A stretch of 64,000 bases of DNA, taken from contig OX597824.1 in assembly GCA_951406725.2 (NCBI GenBank), positions 90,334,001 to 90,398,000 on the forward strand, read 5' to 3'. Position 1 is the stretch's first letter, and each line of letters starts with the position of its first letter. Below, piece after piece: positions 37,624 through 51,241 of the stretch. The stretch is from Octopus vulgaris. Lineage: Eukaryota. The position numbers and the translations under genes were made by a program. Below the pieces are notes generated by a model. The model did no database searches and had not been told where the DNA came from. It saw only the letters and a program-made list of their open reading frames with translations.

Positions 37624-37689
37624 TATATTTACATATAGATGTGGATGTGTGTGTATATATATATATGTATGTGTGTATGTATATATATG

Positions 37690-37737
<48 letters not shown>

Positions 37738-38151
37738 GTATAGACATATATGTGTGTGTGTGTGTGTGTATGAATGTATGTATATGAATATATGGCCACA
37801 CACATACACGCATACATACATTCACTGACAGACGCACACTGATGTGGATTAAATGGAAATGAGTTCAGTGTTGCCTTAGGCTGGAGGTGGGGTGTAAGTA
37901 TGGCGGTAGTGGCGGTAGTGGTGGTGGTGGTGGTGGTGGTGGTCATTGTTGCGGTGATTGTGGAAGTGGTAGTATAGGTAGTGGCGGGTGTGGTTGTGAG
38001 AGAGGTAGTTCTGGTTATGTTAGTGGTTGCACCAGGAGTGGTGGCATTGCAAACAGAGTTGTAGTAGTAGTAGAAGTTGGTGGTGGTGGTGGTTGTAGCA
38101 ACAGCAGCAGCAGTAGTAGTAGTGGTGGTGGTGGTGTTTGTAGCAGTGGCG

Positions 38152-38208
<57 letters not shown>

Positions 38209-38849
38209 ATACAGAATGTCGTGGTTGGTGTATGTTTGATGGTTGTATGCCTATCGTGATGTTGTGGCTGTTATACAGGTTGTAATGTAACTGTTGCTGT
38301 TGTTGTAATCCCACCCCACCACTAGTCAGCCCTGATCGAGGGTATTTATTGTCAAAGACTTCCAGACGCGACCATTCCGTCTAATTTCCCCCTATATCTG
38401 GCACTACACTGTCCCCCTGTATAGGGAGATACGAGGGATATTTGGCTGTTGTTTCTAGCAGACCGCGTTGACGCATCAATCATGTGCAAAGGGGTTTGGG
38501 CTGACGTGTGCATATAAAGCTACGTGAGGAACTATTTAGGGCAGCAGTGATAGGGTTTGGTGGGGTGGTGGTGCTGTGTAGTAGTGGGGAGCATCCCGGT
38601 CTTGAAGGGTTGAGCTGATATGACGCTGTTGTTGCTGGTGCTGTTGTTGTTGTGTACCAGATCCACGTGAGCCCTCGTCTATCATTCCAATGGTTGAACG
38701 ATGTGGAGTGACCCGCAGATACTTCTTTCGAGTTTATATCATGTCTCTGTCGAATCAAAGTCTATAATGCACTCCCTGACATTCAACAATTAATCAAATA
38801 GTGTCCTCAACCTTTACATCCATCCTCTCCCTTTTTTATTACTCTACAC

Positions 38850-39049
38850 CAGTGCTTTTCAAACTTTTTGCTGGAGCGGAACCCCAAGGCAACATTCCAC
38901 TGGCTCGGGGAACCCCTGTGCAATAATTTAATAGTCTTATGCACACATATTTGCACAGGAGAATTAAAAATTACTGCCGATTTTAGCAGTTTTGTAACTT
39001 CTTCGGAACCCCTGGACTGTACTGGCGGAACCCTGGTTGAAAACCACTG
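38850..39049. mobile_element. hAT (Charlie-like) MITE
   Basis: TIR CAGTG.TTTTCAA; 8-bp TSD CTCTACAC. Confidence 0.9.
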
Positions 39050-39355
39050 CTCTACACCCACATAAGGATGGATTTATGGTTTTGACATTTGTACTACCCC
39101 TTCCTCTATCTATAAATAGAAAAAAATTCTTGTTTGTCTCCATTCAATCAAGAATAAAAAAACCTTTCCCCACTGATAGATCTAAATAACAAAGTGAACT
39201 TAGTGATAAAATCTACAAACGGAGAATGGACATACTACCATCATGTTCTTAATGATGAAATTAACCTCTGTCTATATATCTACCCTCTTTGTAATGTTGG
39301 GTAAAGAAAATAGGTATAAGAATGTGCATTGTCAGTTTAACTGAAAAATTCTATA

Positions 39356-39443
39356 TGTGGCTGAAGAGTGCTCGACATTTTAAAACTGATGTAATACTTA
39401 CAGTGTTTAATAAAATGAAGTAGCATGAAACAATTGTACTACA
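39356..39443 (+). ncRNA. Type-I hammerhead ribozyme motif (same family as 42873)
   Basis: Stem I UGUGG/CUACA; core CUGAAGA 39361-67; stem II GUGCU/AGCAU; GAA 39427-29; ACAAUUGU; predicted cleavage after A39438. Confidence 0.75.
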
Positions 39444-39473
39444 CGACCATGGATATCTTTGTTGCTTATTTTG

Positions 39474-39508
<35 letters not shown>

Positions 39509-39735
39509 CAAATAAGAAAATGGGGGAACAGATTCCTTTCAATCATCAACTTACAGATAATACCAATTCATATAATTTATTAACTAATTAAATAGGAACA
39601 TCCAAATCCAACAGAATAAAACAACATACATCAATAAGTAAGATAATACCATGAAAATAATACATATAAAATGGATCTTACAGGTGTTTCAGCCTGTAGC
39701 TAAAGGTATCTTATTAACCCTTATCTCACTTTGTA

Positions 39736-39860
<125 letters not shown>

Positions 39861-40189
39861 TGACATTCCGTCGGTTTTGACGACGGGGGTTCCAGTTGAT
39901 CCGATCAACGGAAAAGCTTGCTCGTGAAATTAACGTGCAAGTGGCTGAGCCCTCCACAGACACGTGTAACCTTAAAGTAGTTCTCAGGGACATTCAGCGT
40001 GACACAGAGTGTGACAAGGCCGGCCCTTTGAAATACAGGTACTACTCATTTTTGCCAGCTGAGTGGATTGGAGCAACGTGAAATAAAGTGTCTTACCAAG
40101 GACACAACGCGTCGCCGGGAATTGAACTCACGACTTTGTGATCGTGAGCCAAATGCCCCTAACCACTAAGCCACGTGCCTTCGGGTGAC

Positions 40190-40830
40190 ATATATGTATG
40201 TATGTGTGTATGTATGTATGTATGTATATATGTATGTATGTATGTTTTATATATGTATGTATGTATATGTGTATGTATGTATGTATATGTGTATGTATGT
40301 ATGTATGTATATGTGTATGTATGTATGTATGTATGTATGTATGTATATGTGTATGTATGTATGTATGTATGTATGTATGTACGTACGTATGTATGTATGT
40401 ATGTATGTATGTATGTATGTATATGTGTATGTATGTATGTATGTATGTATGCATGCATGCATGTATGTATGTATGTATGTATGTATGTATGTATGTATGT
40501 ACGTATGTATGTATGTATGTATGTATGTATGTACGTATGTATGTATGTATATATATGTGTGTGTATGTATGTATGTATGCATGTATGTATGAATATATGT
40601 TTGTATGTGTGTGTGTATGTATGTATGTATTTATGTTCATTTATAATAAAAAAAATTTAAATTAATCTGATATGTTACTCTATACTTTATGAAACAAGAA
40701 TATTATTGATAGTAACTTCGAAGTTTCAACCAGTTAAGTCATTAAGTATGTATTAGACAAAGCTACATACATACATACATACATACATACATACATACAC
40801 ACACATATACATACATACATACATAAGACA

Positions 40831-40862
<32 letters not shown>

Positions 40863-41351
40863 CATACATACATAAGACATACATACATACATACATACAT
40901 ACACACATATACATACATACATAAGACATACATACATACATACATACACACACATATACATACATACATACATAAGACATACATACATACATACATACAT
41001 ACATACATACATACATACATACATACATACATACACATATACATACATACATACATAAGACATACATACATACATACATACATACATACATACACATATA
41101 CATACATACATACATAAGACATACATACATACATACATACATACATACATACATACATACATACTTACATACATACATACATACATACATTCATACCCAT
41201 ACATACATACATACATACATACTTACATACATACATACACACATACATACATACATACATACATACATACATACATACATACATACATACATACATACAT
41301 ACATACATACATACATACATACATACATACATACATACATACATACATACA

Positions 41352-41383
<32 letters not shown>

Positions 41384-41513
41384 CACATACATACATTCAT
41401 ACCCATACATACATACATACATACATACATACATACATACATACATACATACATACATACATACATACATACATACATACATACATACATACATACATAC
41501 ATACATACATACA

Positions 41514-41545
<32 letters not shown>

Positions 41546-41710
41546 CACATACATACATACATACATACATACATACATACATGCATACATACATACATAC
41601 ATACACACATATACACATACATACATTCATACCCATACATACATACATACATGCATGCATATATACATACACACATATACACATACATACATTCATACCC
41701 ATACATACAT
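40190..41710. repeat. (TATG)n and (CATA)n microsatellite blocks in opposite orientation
   Basis: 40190-40630 TATG-rich; 40764-41710 CATA-rich. Confidence 0.95.
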
Positions 41711-41947
41711 ACATAACTACGAACGTACGGACATACATACATTCATACATACTCACACATACATGCATACATATATACATACATACCCATACATACATAT
41801 ATACGTGCGGACATACATACATATACACATATGCACATAAATGAAACATGCGCACGATGCATACAGTACAGGTAGTCAGATAGTGATAAAAAGGACAGAA
41901 TGAGAGGGAGAGAGAAGGAGAGAAAGAGGGAAGAGATAGAGATAGAA

Positions 41948-41996
<49 letters not shown>

Positions 41997-42291
41997 GAGC
42001 CAGAGAGAGGGAAGCAGGCACATACACACTTACACCCCACACACACACAGAAAGATAGTGAAAAATAGTTCAACTTTGTTTTTTCATCTCTCCAGCGTTG
42101 ATAAATTAAAGTCCGAGTCAAGAACCAGTGGCAACGCACAACGAGTCGACGATATTCTACCCTCAAAGAAGACACAAATAAGAAGAGTGTCTCGTTGAAG
42201 TGACACCAGATGGCGGAAAGACAGATAAAATAATGGACCGAGTGACAGGCTGAGGAGATAAATTTTGATAGAGACTGGTAAGATTGCAAGG

Positions 42292-42442
<151 letters not shown>

Positions 42443-42461
42443 CTATATATATGTATCTATA

Positions 42462-42500
<39 letters not shown>

Positions 42501-42519
42501 GTATATATATATATATTTT

Positions 42520-42786
42520 TAAAGGTTATTTGCCAACATAATGTGGCAGTCCGGTTGGGACGAATGTTACTGTAATTTAGCCCCAGGAAAAATCGTCTCT
42601 ATCTGGCTATATGGCACACTATCTGTCAGTTTAGATAAACTCCAAACCCTAAACTCCCTTGTTAGAAAACGTAAGGATGCAGATAGTGTGTCGCATATAC
42701 AGCTGGAGACGATGTTTCCTGGGGCTAAATAGCAGTAACATTCGTCCTAATTAAGACTGCCACATTATGTTGGCAAATAATCTTTA
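42520..42786. repeat. Imperfect fold-back palindrome
   Basis: Arms ~42520-42625 and ~42680-42786; spacer contains GAAAACGTA. Confidence 0.9.
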
Positions 42787-42872
42787 CTTTAGACTACTGT
42801 TACCGAATGTCTCTCGTTGAGAGGTTTAGAAATAATAGAGTTGCTATACATATTTGCATATATATATATATA

Positions 42873-42965
42873 TAATTGGCTGATGAGCACTCAGCATCTT
42901 AAATCTGTTGTAATACTTACAAGATATAATAAAATGATGTAGTGCGAAACAATTGTACCAAATTA
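42873..42965 (+). ncRNA. Type-I hammerhead ribozyme motif, intact core
   Basis: Stem I UUGG/CCAA; core CUGAUGA 42880-86; stem II GCACU(42887-91)/AGUGC(42941-45); GAA; palindromic stem III ACAAUUGU 42949-56; predicted cleavage after A42957 (GUA). Confidence 0.8.
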
Positions 42966-43084
42966 CCGGAGTCATTCTTGTTGCTTATTTTGATTATAAT
43001 TACCTCACAAATTTTTATGGATAACACCATACAAAATTCTGGTGCATCTAAATTAAGTACCATATTCATTCGAATCTATCTATA

Positions 43085-43128
<44 letters not shown>

Positions 43129-43230
43129 TATATGTGTATATATATATATGTATATGTATATGTTTGTGTGTGTGTATGTATATGTGTGTGTGTGGATAAG
43201 CGCGCGCTCGTGTATGAATATATCTATATA

Positions 43231-44075
43231 TACAGGATGTTCCGACGAAATTTGACAGTTTGCATAAAGGGATAAGAAAATATTATTCCATCCAAAAATA
43301 AAATTATTAAAAGAAAACAAAATGATGGCTAGATTACAGCTGCGTGATAAACGTTTACAGAAAGAAGCCGATCTCAGCTTCCAGCACGGCCTCAAACCAG
43401 CTCCGCCACATGGAGCATGCGTTCCTCACTGTGTTTCTCGTGAGGTCTTCGAAAATCTCCTTGATCTTAGCCACCAGCTCGGCCTTGGTGTTGCAGGCTG
43501 AGCTGTTGGTACCTTTTTCAATCGTACCCCCACCCGATTCATAGTAAACCATGGGATTACAATCGGAGAACGAGAAGGTCAGAATCTGGATCTGTTGAAA
43601 TCGTTGAAGCTCTCTGACAACCATTTCTGAGCCGTTCTGGAGGCATGGCAACGAACCGAATCCTGCAGCTTTACGTGCGGCCTTCCGGCCAGGGTTTCAC
43701 CATGGTCTCCAGAAATTTTACATGGCCATCTGAATTGAGCCGTAGGCCCTATTCAAAGGACATGACGTCACTCTCACTGGAAACAGGCCCAAAGACCGCC
43801 GCACTTCAAGGAACTTGGTTGTCATGATAAGTGGAGCGTCACATGGACTTTAGTCAAGCCGCCTGTTGTTCTGGGTGTTGTGCAACCTGTCCTGGTAGAA
43901 ATTCTTTTCAGCAGAGAAGAGCCAGGTCATTCTCCACTCAATAGAATGCCTCAGCTTGTTCAAGAGTTTCCTTGTCTTCGTCAAGTGGTTCTCCTCAGAC
44001 GTGGCTATCAGAAATTGTGCCTTAAGTTTCTTGCATGAGTGGTAGTGAGGGTCCTCATTTAGGGCCAGTTCACGG
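43231..44075 (-). pseudogene. Tc1/mariner (maT/DD37D-like) transposase relic with one terminus
   Basis: KLLNKLRH...WLFSAEKNFYQD...HNTQNNR and SDCNPMVYY...TKAELVAKIKEIFEDL...NACSMWRSWFEAVLEAEIGFF in broken frames; terminus TACAGGATGTTCC. Confidence 0.8.
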
Positions 44076-44279
44076 TGAGGTAACAACACCGAAGGTATCA
44101 AGTGTTGCTAGAATACTGTAGATATGTAAGTACCAAATCCAACTTAAACTGTCCATCCGAATCGGGGTGGTGGTGGTTCCAGGTGTGGCGTAAGTATAAA
44201 AAGAGAATATAAATGGCTTCAAAATATGCGACAGCTGTTTCGTTATCGAAACAGCTGTGGAAAACTTTAAACGACATTT

Positions 44280-44311
<32 letters not shown>

Positions 44312-44617
44312 TGTATGTATGTATGTATGTATGTATGTGTGTGTGTATATATATATATTTATGTGGTATTTTTGAGATCCAATCTTCCAACATGTGTAAT
44401 TTGCCTAGGGAAAAAAGACAAAACACCGACTACCTGTTGATTGATTGAGCACTCTCTGTGTGAAGCTATCTTACTTAGATGAACAAGGACTATACGACTT
44501 ACGTTCTTGCGTATCTATCAACTATCTATCAATTATGTAGGTTAACGGACAAGTTATTGGATTGTCTCGCTAAGAAAATATCAAAATGTTTCGTAAACAA
44601 TATGTATGTGTATACAT

Positions 44618-44706
<89 letters not shown>

Positions 44707-44914
44707 AATATAATCAAAAGGGTAATAATATAGATTACTACCAGTGGCCCAGCACAAAGGACGAATTAGTCATTAGACAAAATATTATTCATATAGAAAA
44801 ATATTATTCATGTAGAAATATAATTAAGGGCTCCTAAATAAGGATGCCAAGTGCTAGGGACACAAAAAAGGGATAAATTTATCAAGAGTGAAAATCAAAA
44901 ACATTTACCAATAA

Positions 44915-44977
<63 letters not shown>

Positions 44978-44986
44978 CATGTATAA

Positions 44987-45036
<50 letters not shown>

Positions 45037-45408
45037 ATGTATGTTTATATGCATATTTACGTATATATACTTACTCATATCTACATACATATATACATAT
45101 ATAAGCATACATATATGTATGCTTATATATGTGTATATTTTCATTAATATTTAGAAGCAACAGAATGACTTAAAAGTGTGGGAGTATCAAGCTTATGGTA
45201 AGTGCTAACGCCCGAAACTCTTGGTCTTTGAGTCACTCTGTTGCTTCAGCTAAATACCAAGGAAAATATACTTATACTCATATTTTGAGTTCTACTTTTC
45301 CTCTTTCCATCACCACGGGTGTGTGTACATATATGTATCTATGTATATATAAGTATGTATATATGTATATTTATGTATGTCTGTATATATATATATATAT
45401 ATATAAAT

Positions 45409-45711
45409 TATAAATTAGGGTATCTACGAGATACCACCATGCTGAAAATAGCAGCCGTCATCTGACTCTAAAACAACCTAAATTGTTCATATATCGACAC
45501 GGAGAAAAAAAAAAATTCAGACAAGATGAAACTAGTAAAAAATTACTGGATAATTCTAGGGATCTAGAATCATCCAGTAATTTTTTACTAGTATCATCTT
45601 GTCTTTTTGTTTTCTCTCCGTGTTGATATATGGATAATTTAGGTGGTTTTAGAGTCAGATCATGGCTGTTATTTCCAGCATGGTGGTATCTCGTAGATAC
45701 CCTAATTTATA
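45409..45711. repeat. Fold-back palindrome, ~150-bp arms, ~4-nt loop
   Basis: TATAAATTAGGGTATCTACGAGATACCACCATGCTG ... CAGCATGGTGGTATCTCGTAGATACCCTAATTTATA; centre TTCTAG-GGAT-CTAGAA. Confidence 0.9.
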
Positions 45712-45801
45712 GTTTTAATAATTATTACCTTTGAAGGTTATTTTTTCCCATGCTGACCACTTGATCAAATCGTTATTTTATTTTTAAATTAACGATCTTA
45801 T

Positions 45802-45844
<43 letters not shown>

Positions 45845-45847
<3 letters not shown>

Positions 45848-46807
45848 TCACGTATATATATTTATATATGCATGTATATATACATGTAGATGTAGGTACG
45901 TACATATATGTATGTATGTATGCATATATTTTATTTATTACACTATTGTATGACTGAGCGCCCTCACGTCGTTTCGTTTCCTCCAAGTAAGTTTTTATAT
46001 ATAATTATGACGCGAAACTCTATAACCCTTTGCTTGACCTTCCCTTCCTTCCTTGTCTTCCTCTATATATATCTCTCTCTCACTCCTCCTCATCTCTCTC
46101 ACAGCCGCTTGTCTTCCTCTCTCTCTCTCTCTCTCTCTCACTCCTCCTCATCTCTCTCACAGCCGGGCGACCACTTCCTTTCGCTTGCGGCCTCCTAACA
46201 GTGAACACGCTTTCTTCCTGCGCTCTTAAGAATCTTTCCTCGTCTAGGCCAAAAAAAGGCCCTCATTGTTTGTTTTCTTGTTTGTTTTTATTTCTTGTAC
46301 AGTATTTTTTTGTAATTGTATTTTTATTTTGTATTTTATTTTGTAATTTTATTTGTATCGTTTTTACGTCCTGTTTTTGTCACATTTTTTTCTTTCCTTG
46401 TTTTTACCTCTCTGCGAAGGAATTTTGTTTAATTCTTTCGCAGGAAGGGCTAGTTCGACGAGTCGTGTTCTGTCCTCACCTTCGAAACACACATGGAGTC
46501 GTACTAGGGACAGGTGATGAAGGGGAATTTTCCCTGTGTTGTTTGTCTTGTACTCTGTTTTTTCGTTGTTAAAAAAAAAGGTCCGTTTCCATGTTTGTTT
46601 TTACGTTTTCGTTTCTCGTTGAGTTCTACGTCTATTTGTGGTGTCCTGTACTCACGTATATATATTTATATATGCATGTATATATACATGTAGATGTAGG
46701 TACGTACATATATGTATGTATGTATGCATATATTTTAGTTATTATACTATTGTATGACTGAGCGCCCTCGCGTCGTTTCGTTTCATCCAAGAAAGTTTTT
46801 ATATATA
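45845..46807. repeat. ~159-bp direct repeats flanking a ~645-bp interior (pseudo-LTR/TRIM-like layout)
   Basis: 45845-46003 is nearly identical to 46649-46807 (TACTCACGTAT...GACTGAGCGCCCTC.CGTCGTTTCGTTTC.TCCAAG). Confidence 0.85.
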
Positions 46808-48223
46808 TATAGAAGAAGAAGAAGAAGCGTGAAAAGAAGAGGAAGAAGAAGAGTGAAAAGAAGAAGAAAATGTAGTAGTAGTAGAAGAAGAGGAAGGAGG
46901 AGAAGAAGAAAAAGAAGAAGAAGAAGAAGAAGAAGAAGAAGAAGAAGAAGAAGAAGAAGAAGAAGAAAATGCAGGTAAAAAGATGGAAAAGGAGGACAAA
47001 CAAAAATATCAAAAAAAAAAAGAAAAGAAAAAGAATAAGAGGAACAAAAAGAAGGAAAGGAGATGGTGAAGAAAAAGAAACGAAAGTAAAAGAACAACGA
47101 GGAAGCAGGAAGAGAAGGAGGAAAAAGAACTAGAACAGGGTGGGGGGGAAAGTAGGAGTAGAAAATCTGAGGGATGAGTGTGGATGTAGGAAGGAGACAG
47201 GCGGAGGGGGGAGGGGGGAAACGAACAGACGACATTTAAGTGGAAGTAAAAATTAGGTAAAGTGAAAGTAGAGAGGAAGAATGGAGAGCGTTTAGAGGCC
47301 TTAGGGGCCGATTGGTGATAATTGGCTGGTCAGTTGAAAGAGTGGACAGAAGGGGAAGGGACATACGTGCATACATACACACACGCATACACACATACAT
47401 ACATACAAACATACATACATACATGCATACATACATACATACATACATACAAACATGTATGTGTGTGTGTATATATATATATATAGAGATATATACACAC
47501 AGACACACACACACAAATATACACACATATTTCTACATATGTCTATATATAAATACACAAATACATACGCTCATATATATACATACATGCATATAAATAT
47601 ATACATACACACACATATATATGCATATATATATGCGTATATATATTTATATATACATAGAAATACACACATATACATATACATATTCATATATACATAT
47701 ACTTACATGTGTCAAGAAATGTATATATATATATGTATATACACACATATACATATACATGTATATATATATATATATATACATATATATATACATACAC
47801 ACACGTATATACTTATATATATATACATATACACATATACAAACATAGATACATATATACATACCATACATATATACATACATACATACATACATTCATA
47901 TATACATACACACAGAGATGTCTGTGAGTGTTTGAATGACTGGAAACAGATTTCCACCATTGAATATAGATTTAGGTGGACGAGAAATGCCCGTTAACAC
48001 AACGGAAACACACGTTTATATACGTTGTGTGTGTCTGTATGTGTGTGACTGTGTGTGTGTGCGTGTGAGTGTGTGAGTGTGTGTGTTTGTGTGTGTGCGG
48101 GCGCCTATGTGTGCAGATATACATATATATGTATATAACCTACATACCCACCCACCTACCTACCTACCTACCTACCTACCTACCTACCTACCTACCTACC
48201 TACCTACCTACCTACCTACCTAC

Positions 48224-48270
<47 letters not shown>

Positions 48271-48307
48271 CCTACCTACCTACCTACCTACCTACCTACC
48301 TACCTAC

Positions 48308-48369
<62 letters not shown>

Positions 48370-48819
48370 GTCTCTCTGTCTGTCTGTTTGTCTGCCTGTC
48401 TATCTATCTATATAAATATGCATGTATGTATGTGTGTGTGTGTATGTATGCATGCATGTGTATATATATACATTTATATATATATACACACATATATATG
48501 TGTGTGTGTGCATATTTGCTTGTGTAAGCAGAAGTATTCTATATATACGTATAATTACATAGCTATCGTGTATATATACCCAATCAACTACATTTATACA
48601 ATTACGTACGCACGTATGTGTAAGTATATAGCCGTGTGAGAGCGCATGTATATATATATATATGCACGCACACACATTCTGTCACACACACGCTCAAATG
48701 CATATTTATACATATATATGTATACACACACATATATATTTACAGGTGTGTGTGTGAACAGTATAAACATACATGTAACATGTACCTCCATATATGCATG
48801 CATGTATATATGTACGTAC

Positions 48820-48878
<59 letters not shown>

Positions 48879-48935
48879 TGTAAATATATATGTATATATA
48901 TATGCATATATATATGTACACATATATATACATAT

Positions 48936-48978
<43 letters not shown>

Positions 48979-48997
48979 TACATACATACATATATAC

Positions 48998-49107
<110 letters not shown>

Positions 49108-49598
49108 ATATATATATGTGTGTGTATATATGTATGTATGTCGATGTTATGGATCAATATAGTTGGAATAGGTAAATAATTATATTTGGTGTCGACATCA
49201 AAAGCTGTTTCTGGGATTTGAAAGGCAAGTAAAACAGGAAACCATATCTTTTCTTATCACTTGAGTGGACCGACTTTTGATTCGCTTAAAGAATTTTGAA
49301 CTCCAGTAACTGGGTCTTTTATACTGCCTTACTTCTGTCAGCGCGGAGAAATTCAGTTGTAAAAGACAGAATAGCATCCACGCCCCACACCCATGCGCGC
49401 ACACACACACACTCACATACACACACACACACATACACACACACACACAAAGCTATTTACAGCCCTTTGTGGGAAACTTTAAGCTGATGTGATTTATGTA
49501 TTTGTGTACATATGTGCACACCTAACATATATATACATGCATACATATATACATATACATATATACATACATACATAGTTACATATATACATAAATAC

Positions 49599-49657
<59 letters not shown>

Positions 49658-49666
49658 CATACATAC

Positions 49667-49751
<85 letters not shown>

Positions 49752-49981
49752 GTATCTCACAGAAGTATGTACACCCCTAAAAAAATTTTCAGTAAAATTG
49801 CCATTACTCTGACAAAGTCGAAGGAAATCAAGCGAAATTTATATTCAATAAAAGATATTACACATGCAAACATTATACAAATTTGGAACACAAAACAATA
49901 AGCATTTTCAAAGCTATGAACGAAATATTAATTTTCAAGCGATACAAAAATATGTACACTCTAATGGATTATTTGCTATAT

Positions 49982-51241
49982 TCAATCTTTGGTGTCACTG
50001 CCTTTGCTTTCAATGACTGCATTAAGTCTTCTGGGTATATAGAGTCGACTAAATTTCTATATATAACCGATGAAATCAACCTCCATTCATCCTGAATGAT
50101 GTCCTACATTGCAGATGTTTTTCTCCTCAACCTTCATTTTCAAAACACCCCACTGATGTTCTATTGGGTTTAAATCAGGTGACATGGTAGGCCAAGGTAA
50201 TCCCTTTACCTTTTTATCTGATAAAAACTTAGTTGTCGTCTTTGAAGTGTGTTTAGAGTCAATATCATGTTGGAATACGAAATGTCTTCCTAGTTCCTTG
50301 ATGCTTTTCAACATTGTTTTCTGCAATATGTCACAATAAAGCCTTGAATCCATTGGTCTCTCAATAAACGTGAGTCCTCCCACACCAACCGCACTCATGC
50401 ATCCCCAAAGCTTAACACTTCCGCCGCCATGTTTCTCGGTAGGCACGGTGCATTTGTCGCTGTTATCTTCACCTGGTCGTCGCCATACTCGTGTAATACC
50501 ATCTGACCCAAACATGTTGGTTTTAGTCTCGACAGAAAAAAGAATTCTATTCCAAAACTCCTTCCCCTTTCTCACATAGGTTTCGGCAAAAGAAAGGCGG
50601 CGAGCTGGCAGAAACGTTAGCACGCCGGGCGAAATGCTTAGTGGTATTTCGTCTGCGGTTACGTTCTGAGTTCAAATTCCGCAGAAGTCGACTTTGCCTT
50701 TCATCCTTTCGGGGTCGATTAAATAAGTACCAGTTAAGCATGGGGTCGATATAATCGACTTAATCCGTTTGTCTGTCCTTGTTTGTCCTCTCTGTGTTTA
50801 TCCCCTTGCGGGTAGTAAAGAAATAGGTTTCGGCAAATGAAAGACGACTTGAGTTATGTCTGATAGTGAGGAGAGATTTTCTAAGAAGAATGCGTCCATG
50901 AAGACCACACCGGTTCAAACTTCAGCAAACTATTTGGACGGATGCACTCTTTACACTTATAAAAACGCTTCTTGGGCCAAATATTAAACGGTACGACGCC
51001 TGTCGTCCATCACGCAACGTCGGACGTGGCGAATATCACGCGCAGTTGAAACAGAAGGTCGACATGGACGATGTTTATTGCTTAGCCGCCCAGTAGCTTT
51101 GTACTTCTGAATTACTTTGACAACTGTGTTTACGCTAATATATATTCATTTGGTAATTAACTTGTATCCTAAACCATTCTTGTGCAAATTAAAAATAATT
51201 TTCTTCAAATCTTCAGACAATTCTTTTATTTTTGGTGCCAT
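49982..51241 (-). pseudogene. Tc1 transposase pseudogene
   Basis: MAPKIKELSEDLKKII..., GRP-like RPCRP, FSVETK (first catalytic D lost), FQHDIDSKH...WPTMSPDLNPIE (34-residue D-E spacing); stops and SINE insertion. Confidence 0.93.
50596..50827 (+). mobile_element. SINE family A monomer inserted in the Tc1 transposase
   Basis: TSD ATAGGTTTCGGCAAA(A/T)GAAAG at 50576 and 50823. Confidence 0.92.
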
